A stretch of 64,000 nt of DNA, taken from Lingula anatina (taxonomy: Eukaryota; Animalia; Brachiopoda). This document shows positions 37,148 through 49,185 of the stretch, piece by piece. A model generated the notes under the pieces. The model was not told the origin of the DNA. It made no database searches and worked only from the letters and a program-made list of their open reading frames with translations. The position numbers and the translations under genes were made by a program. The stretch is from assembly GCA_051362555.1 (NCBI GenBank), contig CM120647.1, positions 14,732,651 to 14,796,650 of the forward strand, written 5' to 3'. Every line of letters begins with the position of its first letter. Within the stretch, counting starts at the first letter, position 1.

Positions 37148-40100
37148 ATGGAGCGTCGTCAGCCTAAACTAGACCAGCCGCATACAAAAGACAGGTTTAA
37201 AGGACGTGTTGCCCTGGTAACCGGGGGAGCCTCTGGTATCGGTAAGGAGTGCGTCAAACGCTTCCTTAATGACGGCGCGTCCGTGGCCTTTCTAGACACA
37301 AATCAAGAAGCGGGCAAACTGCTAGAGGCGGAGCTGAAAGCGGCCGGATTTGACGCCATATTTTACCATGTTGACGTCTCGGACAGGGACGCATGTTTCG
37401 GGGCCGCAACAGACATAGCAGGCAAGCATGGCGGCTGCATCCACGCTGTTGTAAACTGCGCTGCAAGTTTCCTGTTTAAAGGTAATTAGTGTCATTTCCA
37501 CTGGGGAGAAAGGTTATGTCTATGCTCTTATGTACATATAGCAGGTGCACACAAAGGGCAATAGAAATGTCACCTCTACTGAATCAATACTTTGGGGGAG
37601 ATAAATGACTGTGGAATGATATGCTCCTGGTATCATTTTATTTACATCAAATTTCACAAAAAGAATGAGAACAAAATATACGTTTTACCAAGATATGCAG
37701 TTTCAAGTCCAAAATTAGTACTTAGTGGGATAGCCACGTGACCTTATAATAGCTGCCAGTCTACGAGGCAAGGATTCATATAATTGCCTGAGCATGTGTT
37801 TTGGGCTTATGCTGGCCCAAACATGAAACACTGAAGCTAACAGAGTTTGTCTGCTGGTTCGACGGGCATTTGTCAAAAGTTTTGACATATCATTCCACAC
37901 ATTTTCTACTATGTTTTCATCCGGACTCAGGGCAGGCCACATCGAGTATGAAAATTCAGTGAATGTGGTTCAAAGGCTTTACCAGCAGTTCGCCAGTATC
38001 GGACCCGTCTGTCATCAGAGTTCAGACCAAAGCAACACTCATCAAAACAAGTTTTATAGGACCAACTGTCATGGACTGTCCAGTTCCAGATTCTGTTGGC
38101 CCTAGTTCACTCTACGTTGCCTGTTTTGTAACGATTTAAGAGGTTTCAGTCTTGCTACCCTGCTGTACACTCTCTAAGCATGTAACCGACGCCTAGCAGT
38201 TTTTACAGACACATTCTTATGTGTGAAATTGTTCCACTGTGTTCTCAAGTGACAAGCAGTGTCGAACCTTGACAACCTGGACATCAATATCAGTCGTCGG
38301 TCTTCAAGGTCAGTAGTTTTTCTTGGACGACCCATCAGAGGCATTTTGTCTCTTGATCCAGTGTTTCTATACCGACACCAGACCCTCTGCACGATTCTGA
38401 CTGAACAATTCAACTGTATCGATATTCTGACATTGCTTATTTTCCACCTCTTCAGGTTAATACCTTGACATCCATAATCGTAAGATAATTGCCTGTATCT
38501 TGCCATATTGGAGAAAGACAGGAAGAACATTTGCTGTACATGTACAAGACCAACAATACAAATCCATGGTATAGCGGTTTTATACTCATTAGTCACATTA
38601 TAAGTAGACCAGGCATTATAACTACCCAAGATCTGCCTACTTTGATTTAGGGGCCTACTGTGATTTAGGGGGTTACACTTCTATTGTTCAGTGTGTGTAC
38701 TAATGGACTTGTGTCCTTTATTCTCTTTTCACAAGAAAGCACGCCTTATTGACCTTGAAAAATACATTATCGATGGCTAATTTCCACGGTAGTTTTCGAT
38801 CTGTAGAGAGGGAATGTGAGCAAGCACTGTTTCAGCTGTTTATACAACTTCAGATCATTTCAGAGATTTTACAAGGCAAGAACAAAACGCTCCGTTGTAT
38901 TATAATATATTTGGTCATATGTCATGGCATCTTTCCCAGGTTTAGATGCGTCCATGTCCGACTGGGGAAAGATAATGGGTGTGAACGTGGGGGGCTCTTC
39001 AAATGTGGTACAGGCATGTTATCCTTTTATGAAGAACGGTAAGTGAGTCACGTGGACTCCGCTCGTAATGCCTCAATTAAGAGCTTTAATTGTGCCAACA
39101 ATTGGTGTCGTATCAAATGCGTTGAACTTATTCCTCTTACTTATATAATTACTTATGAAACATTTATAATTTACAGCTTAATATGTAACAAAGCGTAAAA
39201 GACATTAGCAACGTCACTGTTATTTCTCTTCTGAATAGATAGCTTCGTCTCCTCCAACACAATGCATTGCAACTACAGGTTATCTTGAACGTACTAGAAT
39301 ATAAACACGTCCATGCATCACAACGATGATCCCAATCAAAGCATCCATTGTCTTCTCTAACATAATGTATTTTCGTTTTCCAACAGACGGACGGGAAACG
39401 CGCGCCATAGTAAATATCGCCAGCATATCTGCCCATTGCAGTCAGAAACAGCGATGGACGTACAACAGTAGCAAAGGGGCGATCTTGCAACTGACGAAAT
39501 GCATGGCGCTTGACCTAATTAAAGACGGAATACGGGTCAACTCTGTTTCTCCTGGAAATATATATACCCCTGCAGTAGGTAGATTTGAGTGACAAATATT
39601 GTTCAATTTATATATTTATGTAAAGTAATTGAATTTAATTTATTCATGAAATAAGTAAAGTATGAGTTATATTTTCTACGTTATCATTTGTTTACATCAA
39701 AAACATATGGAATTTTTTGCAGTCAGTTCATGAAGACATCATCTTGTGGATTATATGATTTTATTAGCGTAAGTTTCTTCTTGCCGTGCTTATTTATGTT
39801 ATGTTAATATATTTCAACTTTGTCGTTTGTTTTTTCAAAGCCTTAATATACTTTTCTTCTTTTCTTTTCCCCCTTCTTTCTTTTCTTTTTTTTTTTTTTT
39901 CTCATCTCACTGCTTTTTCTTGTAGTTGTACGCTGTCGTTGGAAATGACGAAACCCAAAGAGCGTGGCTCGACAGCACGCACATGATGAATCGCATCGGT
40001 GAAAGCTCAGAAATTGCTGCCGCCGTTGTCTTCCTCTGCAGCAGAGACGCTTCCTTTATCACTGGCGCTGATCTCTCGGTAGATGGCGGTTACACAGCGA

Positions 40101-40159
40101 TGGGACCTGAACGACACGGCCAAGACGGCCCTAATTTTACCGCAGCCGTTCCGGAATAA
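37148..40159 (+). CDS. SDR-B1: classical short-chain dehydrogenase/reductase, 284 aa. Exons 37148-37481, 38940-39038, 39387-39574, 39926-40159
   Basis: Manual splicing with GT-AG sites (phases 1,1,0; 334+99+188+234 = 855 nt) gives a continuous ORF containing TGGASGIG, acidic FLD after beta2 (NAD-type), NCAA, VNIASIS, YNSSK catalytic motif, RVNSVSPG and [18 protein letters not shown] at ~40258. Confidence 0.92.
37545..38700 (-). mobile_element. Degenerate Tc1/mariner (Tc1-like) transposon in SDR-B1 intron 1
   Basis: Minus-strand ORF fragments with GRPRKTT (paired-domain linker) and [15 protein letters not shown] (WPxxSPDLNPIENxW), ending GYPTKY. Degenerate TIRs cacacaaagggcaatagaaatgtcacc / ggttacacttctattgttcagtgtgtg. 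Absent from the same site in SDR-B2 (catatagcag|taat). Confidence 0.88.
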
Positions 40160-41279
40160 GAGCAACAGCAGATGAACACGGTTGGGGCGTTGAGCAAACT
40201 ATGTTATACCTTATATAATATTAAGTATGCTGGAGAGTAATTGTATCATCATCTTGCAATAAATACGTTCAAAATTTTCTGAAGTAAAAAAATTTAGAGT
40301 ATTGTAAAGAAAAAAATTCAATTGCGTCTGTCTTTGTAGGTTTCGGATAATTTCAAAATGCAAATAATCACAAGAAAACTGGTAGTTAGCCATAGTCAAC
40401 GTTACGCTTTTCAATTGATGCTTACCAGTATTTGCGCAAACCGAAATTTCTCGCCAGATATTTTCCGAGGAACTTGAGAGAAGATAGCCACTGTTAAATA
40501 TGTATTTAATGTGTCACTGGTTACGTTTTTCCGCAATTCACCTTTTATATGAGAAAAAATACGAACAATATGTTGTACTCCGGTTTATTGCTGTCAAATA
40601 TTTATAATAACCAATTGCAGAATTTTTCATTCTTCATGACAAGTTTTTACTTTATATCGTATATTATATTATTTGAGTTATGGTTGGTTAAGAATGAATG
40701 TAATCCACTTAATTTTGACACTACCTATGGAAAACGAGTCACTGCCTCCTTTAGGTTAACTGGGCTTGGAGGACTGCGACAGTTTTATCTTGGGTCAAAA
40801 TGGGGTAAATTTTCTGGTCTTATAAGTAAAGATCAATATTTGGCTTTATTTCATTTGTAAATCCGACTTGCACAGTGACAGTATCGTGTCCTAGACAACT
40901 TGTATTGAAAACGATAAAGAAACGATAATATAAGTCCACGCAGACGTACAGTGTATGTTTCTTTTAAAGTAGGTCCAATCATCACAGCTAGACGTCTTGC
41001 TGTAGGTACCAGTCTATAGCATACACGTAGACCTTGCAGTACCTTATGTAACTTGATAATAACATGTTAACTACGGTTTATATCAATTCATTGAACATTA
41101 ATTGTGGGATTATTCTTATGCTTCAATATTTATATTTACTCTTTATATAAAACTGTATCATGCATTTATTTATCTATTTATTTGTGAAATTGAAATTTTA
41201 TGATCACATACTTGATAATGATCGATAATACCATGCAGTAGTACACAGTGTTTTATATCAATCAAGTTTTTTCTATATA

Positions 41280-41584
41280 CGCTAGCTGAGGTATGACCGT
41301 ACTCAGTGACATACTTGCTCATGAATCAATAATCCCGACAGGCCATGTTGACCTCCTTGACGGCTCAAGTAAACACTGATATCGGGACCCATTTTCTAAC
41401 TGCCCTGGTTTTTAGCCCTCGGGTAAAGCGGGACAAGTTCTTCTGTCTAGCGTCACGGACTTTGCGCCAAGGGGTGTGTCATTCATCCATTTAAACATAT
41501 GTCACGCTTCCCTTTGCACAAGCGTCGGCTGAAGCGTGTGGAGAGAAATCGCACAGTGATCACAACCTGATAGTTGAAGTAAGT
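41280..41584 (+). promoter_or_regulatory. Conserved promoter and putative non-coding first exon of ACS2, donor GTAAGT 41579-41584
   Basis: Homologous to 32230-32564 and 58608-58944. Confidence 0.6.
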
Positions 41585-42037
41585 GTAGATCTAGGTGACA
41601 TTGTCACAGACGGTGTCACAGAGGCATTATATGCATGTTTTATGTTGTAAATCTCTAATATTTCGGCATTTCTTTGTCGAGCGACAGTCATCGCAGTATT
41701 TAAGGTGAAGAACATATAGTCCACATTAGCTGATGATTAAAATGCATTGTTTTATATTCCGGGTGATCATAAAAGCTGGCGGGATTCTTCGCAGACATGT
41801 TGTTAATAGTGTATATTTAATACATGTGAAGCTCAGTATCGCAAATTGCTGAATGCCACCTGGAACAGTTACAAGCACACACTCCTGTTATCATGACCTA
41901 CATGTACCTTACTACTGTGAACACCTGTATCGTAGTCCCCTGCTTGTTTAATATTGCTTCACTAGTGCTTTTGACCTAGAGTATGAAACAGAAAACAATA
42001 TATCCCCCCACCTGTCCCTAACGTTAACTTCCTAAAA

Positions 42038-42742
42038 TAGTGTGACGGGGGCTTCTACGTGTGCTAAAAGCGCGTCACTGTAGAGTTATGAACAACTCTC
42101 TTTTCCCTCTAAAAGAAATTTTATTGTGCGCACACGGACTACATCAAGTTAAAGATGTGACCACAATGTCTCTCCCTCAATGTCTCCTTCCAACGGCTTG
42201 GGTACGCTGTTATTTTCCCGACTCGCCGAACACACCGAATGCGGCAGAATGCTGCATTTTTTTAACAAAATAAGGGCGACAGGTGGTTCACATCTCACGT
42301 CAAGGATGGACATTTTTGATTCAACATTTACTTAATTATTGGAAATACTGATTCTAGACCTTCGATTTAAATAGTGTGATTTGCCCGGTTCTTTGATTCT
42401 TAATATTTAATTTTGACCGAACCGGAACTGGTCATTTTCCTGAACTAGCGAAGTGCTTATTAAATACTAATACATGACACCAAGAGATAATCAATTAAAT
42501 CTTTCTATATCTATCTGCTGTTGCTCTGTCCTCTGCTTGCAATTTAATTGACGCGTTTGCCGACCACTAGAGGTCATTAATTACGGCACTCATTCGCTGG
42601 ACTGAGATCGGAAGGTTATTATGTTTGGTCAGTGCTTGAACGGCTAATGAGACTTATGTTGTTTTTGCAATCTTATTGTAACTAATGAATTTTAAATGTT
42701 TTTAAAATTTAAATTAAGTTCTTACTTAAATTTGTAACACTA
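42038..42742. mobile_element. Insertion in the ACS2 5' intron (unclassified TIR element or solo LTR)
   Basis: Absent from the homologous ACS3 intron (~59475). Ends tagtgtgac ... gtaacacta form a short imperfect inverted repeat. No clear TSD. Confidence 0.4.
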
Positions 42743-43296
42743 CCGTGTTATAATAGACAAAATCCTATGGGGAACTATTGAACATATGCCCTATAGGAAT
42801 TCTATAGGACGCCAGTTAAAAATCAATATATAGAGTCAGACAGATGTCCGTCTTTTCTGTCTTTTTCGAAATGGAGTTAAATCGAGTGTCACTTCTGGGG
42901 AGTTGAATGGATTGTTCCAAACATAACATTTTGGTTGATGTAGAAATCTCGTGACGGAAGAGGACTTTAAGATAATTAGCTCTCTTTTATGCACGGCAAT
43001 CGCCTCACATAAAACGGTGCAAAATTCTGACCTGTTTAATCCCTATAAACTTTATTTACCCTCCACCAGGGCCGAGGAGTAATTATATGCACTTTTCTCT
43101 AACGCGACACATAGTAAAGAAATGTGCCAGGAATTAACTTTAGAAAGGACTGTGAATATCAAGTGAAAAATAAATCTCAAGAAAATATATAAAAAAGTGT
43201 GTGTTTTTTTTCTTTCTCTGTTATGATATTTACCGTTGATGCTTTTTGCTTTATTAAGGTAGTGTACTCTTTTTCAGCACACCCGACAGAACAAGC

Positions 43297-44979
43297 ATGG
43301 AGAGGATTAATCAGGCCCATCTTAACAAGAGAAGCTACTACCACATTCCTCAAATTACGTCATACGCTTACGTCACCTTGCACGAGGCGTTCGACATCAC
43401 AGCACAACTATATCCCACCAAAAATGCCGCCGTTTTTTACCAGACCCGAGAGCAGCGAGAGAGTATGACATTTTCTGAACTAAAGAAACAGTCCATCTCA
43501 TTGGCCGAGTCACTCCGTCGCCGTGGTTACTCACGTGGCGACCGCGTGGCATTTAGCTCGCCGAACTGCATTGAGTTTTTCCCGCTCACTTTGGCTTTGT
43601 CTCGTCTAGGATGCAACATGTTCATGTTGAGCAATTTGAACAACCTTTGCGATGACGTGCTGGAATACAAATGCCGCGCTTTAATGTTGTACGTGGGAAA
43701 TGATAAGGAGAGGGAAATATACAGAGAAATCGCCTCCAGGGTACCTCAAGGGACCAACCCATTGAGCGACATCGTCGTTTTTGGACCTTACGGCGACGAT
43801 GTTCTTGGGACTGGTGCTTCGCTGAACAATCTAATCAAGGGAGAAGAAAATGGCACCCCGATAGATGGAGCAGCGGAACAAGTCGACCCAGACGACCCTA
43901 TGTGCGTCTTCTTCACGTCTGGTTCCACTGGGAAGCCGAAAGGCATTCAGTTGACCCACAATGCCTACATCAACTGGGCCCGAATGGACGTGGCGTCTTT
44001 TGCAGGCGCCGACAGCGTCTTATTTAACGACCGCCCGATGACCTGGTTAGGTGGACACGGACTGATTATGGAAATGGCCGTCTGCGGGACAACCGCTCTC
44101 ACTGTCAGCTCCAGTCTCGTTGTCGCGGAAGGAGAGGTGGACTTCGTCTTCACCATCTTGAAAAGAGAGAGTGTCACCAACACCGTTATGATGCACTATT
44201 TCATTGTGGACCTTTTAAACTACAGTGATGCCGTTTCGTTCTGTCAGGTACCCAGTCTTCGCTATATCGTAACGGGCGGGCAGGTGATGGACAGAGATCA
44301 GCTTAAGAAGCTCCTGACCCTCTTCCCTAACATCAAACAGATCACAGTCGGGTATGGATCCACCGATGCCGGACCGATCGCCCTGCAGGACGTGACGTAT
44401 GACACCAGAAGTGACAAAATGCAGGTGATAGATGGCGTTGAAGTGAAAGTCGTTGAGCCGGACACCAATCGCGATGTACCTCCTGGGTCCGCGGGTGAAA
44501 TTTGCGTCCGTAACCCCATGATTTACCGCTGCCTTTACGTGGACAACGAGGCGGCTTCCCAGGCAGCGTTTGACGAGGCGGGCTGGTTCCATACCGGTGA
44601 CATTGGTGCCATGACCATCGACGGTCAACTCTCTGTCTCGGGCCGCAAGGACGATATGATTAAGCGGGCGACTGTCAAGGTCTTCCCAGCCGAGGTAGAG
44701 GCCGTCATCGCTCAAAACCCAGCCGTTAAAGACGTCATCGTGGTAGGTGTACCAGATATCCGGTTACGAGAGGAGCTCTGCGCATGCGTTATCATGGAGA
44801 GCAGCGGGAATGTAGAGGGACTGGAGAGTTGGTGCAAGAAAAAGTTTTCTGTGGGGCCGGATGGCTTGTCACTGGCGCCGAAGTATTATCTTCAGTTCGA
44901 AGAATTCCCTTTAACAGGCACCGGAAAGACGCAACGAAAGTCTATAAGAGAAAAAGCTTTAGAGAAACTGAAATTATGA
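43297..44979 (+). CDS. ACS2: acyl-CoA synthetase paralog, single coding exon, 560 aa
   Basis: Colinear with ACS1 and ACS3 with all ANL motifs intact. Acceptor ttttcag ends at 43277. Confidence 0.93.
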   Translation: MERINQAHLNKRSYYHIPQITSYAYVTLHEAFDITAQLYPTKNAAVFYQTREQRESMTFSELKKQSISLAESLRRRGYSRGDRVAFSSPNCIEFFPLTLALSRLGCNMFMLSNLNNLCDDVLEYKCRALMLYVGNDKEREIYREIASRVPQGTNPLSDIVVFGPYGDDVLGTGASLNNLIKGEENGTPIDGAAEQVDPDDPMCVFFTSGSTGKPKGIQLTHNAYINWARMDVASFAGADSVLFNDRPMTWLGGHGLIMEMAVCGTTALTVSSSLVVAEGEVDFVFTILKRESVTNTVMMHYFIVDLLNYSDAVSFCQVPSLRYIVTGGQVMDRDQLKKLLTLFPNIKQITVGYGSTDAGPIALQDVTYDTRSDKMQVIDGVEVKVVEPDTNRDVPPGSAGEICVRNPMIYRCLYVDNEAASQAAFDEAGWFHTGDIGAMTIDGQLSVSGRKDDMIKRATVKVFPAEVEAVIAQNPAVKDVIVVGVPDIRLREELCACVIMESSGNVEGLESWCKKKFSVGPDGLSLAPKYYLQFEEFPLTGTGKTQRKSIREKALEKLKL

Positions 44980-45607
44980 GAAGTTACTCTGTACATGTGA
45001 AATAATTGACTAAAAGCATCTAATTAGGGGGGAAATTTTGATGAGTTATAATTGTTTGCAAAAAGAAATAGTTAATGACAAAGGACACATTTCAGGAAAA
45101 AAAAACATAGGTTCTGTACGAGAAAAAGAAATGTGTGATGAAGACAAACGGTCTTTAATTATATTGGATAGTTTCGCTATAGTGTATTTGCAAATTCAGT
45201 AGAATTATAGAGATACTAAAGCATGAAATGCTACAGCATGTAAAAAAATAAATATTTTTACCAGCCAGTATTTCATCTGCATTCAGATATTGGCAAGATA
45301 TATAATCAATTTAAAAAAAGAAATGGCAAAATATTAGGTGTTTAGGTATTATTGTTTCGCAGAAACTTAGAGTCCGAAATATTTCCTTTATTTTCTTAGA
45401 TCTGGTCCGTCTTTTCCATCTGCTCGACCGTGCCTTATTACAGCTATTACTGTTGACTAGTAAGAGCCATCTACTGGGACATCAGGGCCAGTGGTGAATG
45501 AACGCGTTTTTTTCTGCAGAGAAAAGAATTAGTAGCTGCTGCATCCCGCAGTTCATTCTTTGTGCATCTCGTGGAAGTCGATATGGTTACGCGCGAGGCA
45601 GGATTGA

Positions 45608-48465
45608 TTTTTATGTACAGACACAGATGTGTCTGTACATATAGCCGTCATCTGCGTCTGTCGTCGCCGTCGTCGTCGCCGTGCACTTTTACCGATAACA
45701 CGATAAGTGAAAAACTGTTTTACGTTTTGGCTTGAAACTTACAGAACTGATGAATATTCATTATACGCCGGTCAAGTTCGAAAATCAGCATGATCGGGTC
45801 ACTTTTAGGTAATTTAAACTGTTTTTTTAAACTTTTTTCAGCATATATGCAGCACCGATAACACGATAAGTGGAAAACCATTTTACCTTTTGGCTAGAAA
45901 CTTACAGAACTGATGAATATTCATTATACGCCGGTCAAGTTCGAAAATCAGCATGATCGGGTCACATTTAGGGAATTTATGCTGTTTTTTCCCTTTTTTC
46001 AGCATATATGCAGCACCGATAACACAATAAGTGGAAAACCATTTTACCTTTTGGCTTGAAACTTACAGAACTGATGAATATTCATAATACGCAGGTCAAG
46101 TTCGAAAATCAGCATGATTGGATCATTGTTAGGGAATTAATGCTGTTTTTTTACTTTTTTCAGCATATATGCAGCACCGATAACACAATAAGTGGAAAAC
46201 TGTTTTTTCTTTTGGCTTAAAATTTACAGAACTATTGAATATTCATAATACGCAGGTCAAGTTTGAAAATCAGCATGGTCAGGCAATTTTTATGGAAGTT
46301 ATCCTGTTTTTTTTTTTTTTTTTTTCAATTTTTCAGCACTTTTATAACACTGATAACATGATAAGTGTAAAAATGTTTTTCCTTTTGGATTGAAATTTAC
46401 AGAACTGGTGAATATTCATAATACGCAGGTCAAGTTCGAAAATTGGCATGATTGGACTATTTTTACAAAAGTAATGCTTTTTTTTCCTTTATTCAGCATA
46501 CATGCAACACTGATAACGCATTTTAAGGAAAACCAATCAGCCGTTTGTCTTGCAACTCACAGGAGTGATCAATCTGACCAGTATACAGATCAAGTTTGAA
46601 AATAAGCTTGATCAGTTAAGTTTTGATGAAGTTATTAGCCTTTTTGTATATAAGTGGTTTTTCTTCAGATTTAATTCTTAAGCATGTTAACAGTCTCATT
46701 ACGGAACTAATTAGATATGTAAAAGTGTTGTTTTAACATTTTCTGCTTCTTAACAATATTGTTAGTTGATTATATAAAAATGACGGTAAACTTGGAAAGG
46801 AACTCATCATTGCAGTTCGTCACATTCAATCATTCACTATGTTCAGAATCTCCAAATGGAGCAAATTGGACATTATAAATTGTTCTATTGATATTTTTCC
46901 TATGTCAACAATTTTCCTAGTTGATCATTTAAAAATGACAGTAAATTGATTATTTTTTTATGTTAAAAAGGTGTTGAAAATGGAAAGAAAATCTTTTTAG
47001 TACAGTTATCTCTTGTTAACATTTTGGCATTTTGAAACTGTGACTCTGAACTTCCATGTCCTTGGAGACCTTTCCATATCACATTTTCTGAATATCCATG
47101 ATAGTTTTATTTTTTTATAAAAAATTGATGGTTTATTGCTGTTAAGTATTATGTTATATTGCATGAAAGTTGAAGAAAACCCTATTTTGGACACTGCTGC
47201 CAGGATGGCAATTAAGGGAAAACCATGTTACTTATGATAATCAACCTTACCAAAAAGACTGAAGTGCAGCTTGTGTTGGAAAACCATTGTAATTGTTTTC
47301 TGTTTTGAAAGCAATGCAGTAGAGTGCTATTTGGTGCAATAAATGTATATGGATAGTAGGCAATTAATTCAGGATTATAAAGTAATTTGCTTAATTAATT
47401 TTCAAGTTATTTCAGGGTTATAAAATAATTTGCTTAATTAATTTTCAAGTGGCCATTAAATGAGATTACATAAACACACATTGAGATTTCATTGTAAAGT
47501 CCCATAGGTTTAGCTCTGTTAACTGTGTCACATAATTAGGAATCGATGATTATTATGCAGGTAAATGTTATTTAATATTGAAAATAAGTTTACAAAAGAA
47601 AAATTTTGTGTAACGCTTACATTAATGCTAAAGATGAATAACAGTGCCTTATTATTCTCAAATTAATAGGGTTATTCATATCTTGTTAGTAATTGTACAG
47701 CCAGATTAAAAGTTTGAATAGCAGCTTTATTGGTATTTTTGTTATGTTTTACATTCTCTTTTAATTTTTTTTTCAAACACTAGCATCTTCAAGATGACAC
47801 TTTCAACTGTCATCCACCAGAAGCGCTGTGTATTTTGTTTTTGCACATTAGCAGTTGTGTTGGTTTTTATGTCTTTAAACATTGTGTTATACAATATTAT
47901 TTTATGCACTGTCATCATTTTTCACATACTGGGATTTTTCATTTTGTGAATTTGAACTCTCACATATGGTCCTGAAACTGTAATCTTATTGACCATGTTA
48001 TTCTGTTGTATATATTTTTGAAATTTATATCTTTTACCTACTGGCATTTTCAGTGTGGGACTTATAACTCCCAAGGGTATGTAACAGTTCACTTTTATTG
48101 ATACTACCTATTGTGCAATATTTGCAACTTGACTTTGCAGTTAAAGGGATAATAACTGTTCATTTTTGGCAAATAATTAATTTTTTTTCTAAAAAGTGTT
48201 GTTTTTTTTTGTTATAATCTCTTAAGAAATAAGTATAGCCACCTATGTAGGTCACATGGTCTGATGACAAGTTCAGATATCAGAATAATAGCTATTACTG
48301 CCCTTTTTGTGGTAAAACAAAATATATTATATTTCTGTGAGTTGTTTACACTGTTTAAACTCAAGTTGGATGATTCATATCATGGTTATGCAGCTAGACT
48401 GAATGGCAGCTTTAGTGGAATATTTTTGTAATTTTTTCTTTAATTTTTAATTTTTCAAACTGGCA

Positions 48466-48518
<53 letters not shown>

Positions 48519-48836
48519 TGGCTTAGCTGTCTGTCACGCCTACTGAAACTGGCATGCCAGAATCCTAAGCCGCTTAAGCTGAAAACAATTTAGTGAGAAA
48601 CCCCTTGGAGTTGGTTTGATCCTGTTAGATTGATCTAGGTATGGGAACTCGGTCTAATGTTTGTTACACATTTTACCTTCATCCTAATCCACTGTTATGC
48701 AGAATTAGAATTTGATGTTGGCTATGCAGTTACAGTAAGCATAATACATTAGTGCATCAAAATTGACAGTATCCTTTTTCCTGTGTTTTTATTTTCTGGT
48801 TTTTCTCTGTACATTTGACAGCTTTGCTGCCTTGTT
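45608..48836 (+). mobile_element. Non-autonomous Helentron/HINE-like element with internal ~161-bp tandem repeats
   Basis: 5' end tttttatgtacagacacagatgtgtctgtacata (hairpin), 3' end tctgtacatttgacagctttgctgccttgtt (subterminal inverted repeat plus small hairpin), T-rich ends and no TSD. About 6 tandem units at 45691-46620. The same termini occur at 53422-56145. Confidence 0.7.
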
Positions 48837-49185
48837 TAGCATTAAGGATCTACCGGTATGAAGCTCAATGCATCGTTAATGTTTTAAAATACATAAGTTA
48901 CATGCACCTTTGAGTAAAAAGAAACATGCGTTTTAAATTTCACTTTTTATCCTGTTTGGTAAACACAAGCCGTAAAATCTCCATAGATAAATTAATACTG
49001 TCAGCTTTTTTTTTGTTGCAGTGCAACGCATTTTAAATTCTAGTCTGCCATTATTTTCTCTCCACTCCCTTCCAAATCTCGCAAAGTATCGTTTGATTCC
49101 TCGTTAAGTCACGATGTTTTCGATCGTCTGTCTCGGATCAGGGCCTATGTTAAAGCACTGCATGCGGGCTTCCATGTGTTACAGC

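Noticed and set aside
44215-44715. 166-aa antisense ORF conserved at 60959-61459
   Set aside because: It is a shadow of the ACS sense CDS in recent duplicates and is shortened in the ACS1 copy.
45691-46620. Regularly spaced repeats as a CRISPR array
   Set aside because: The whole ~161-bp unit is repeated with no unique spacers, there are no cas genes, and the context is a eukaryotic transposon.
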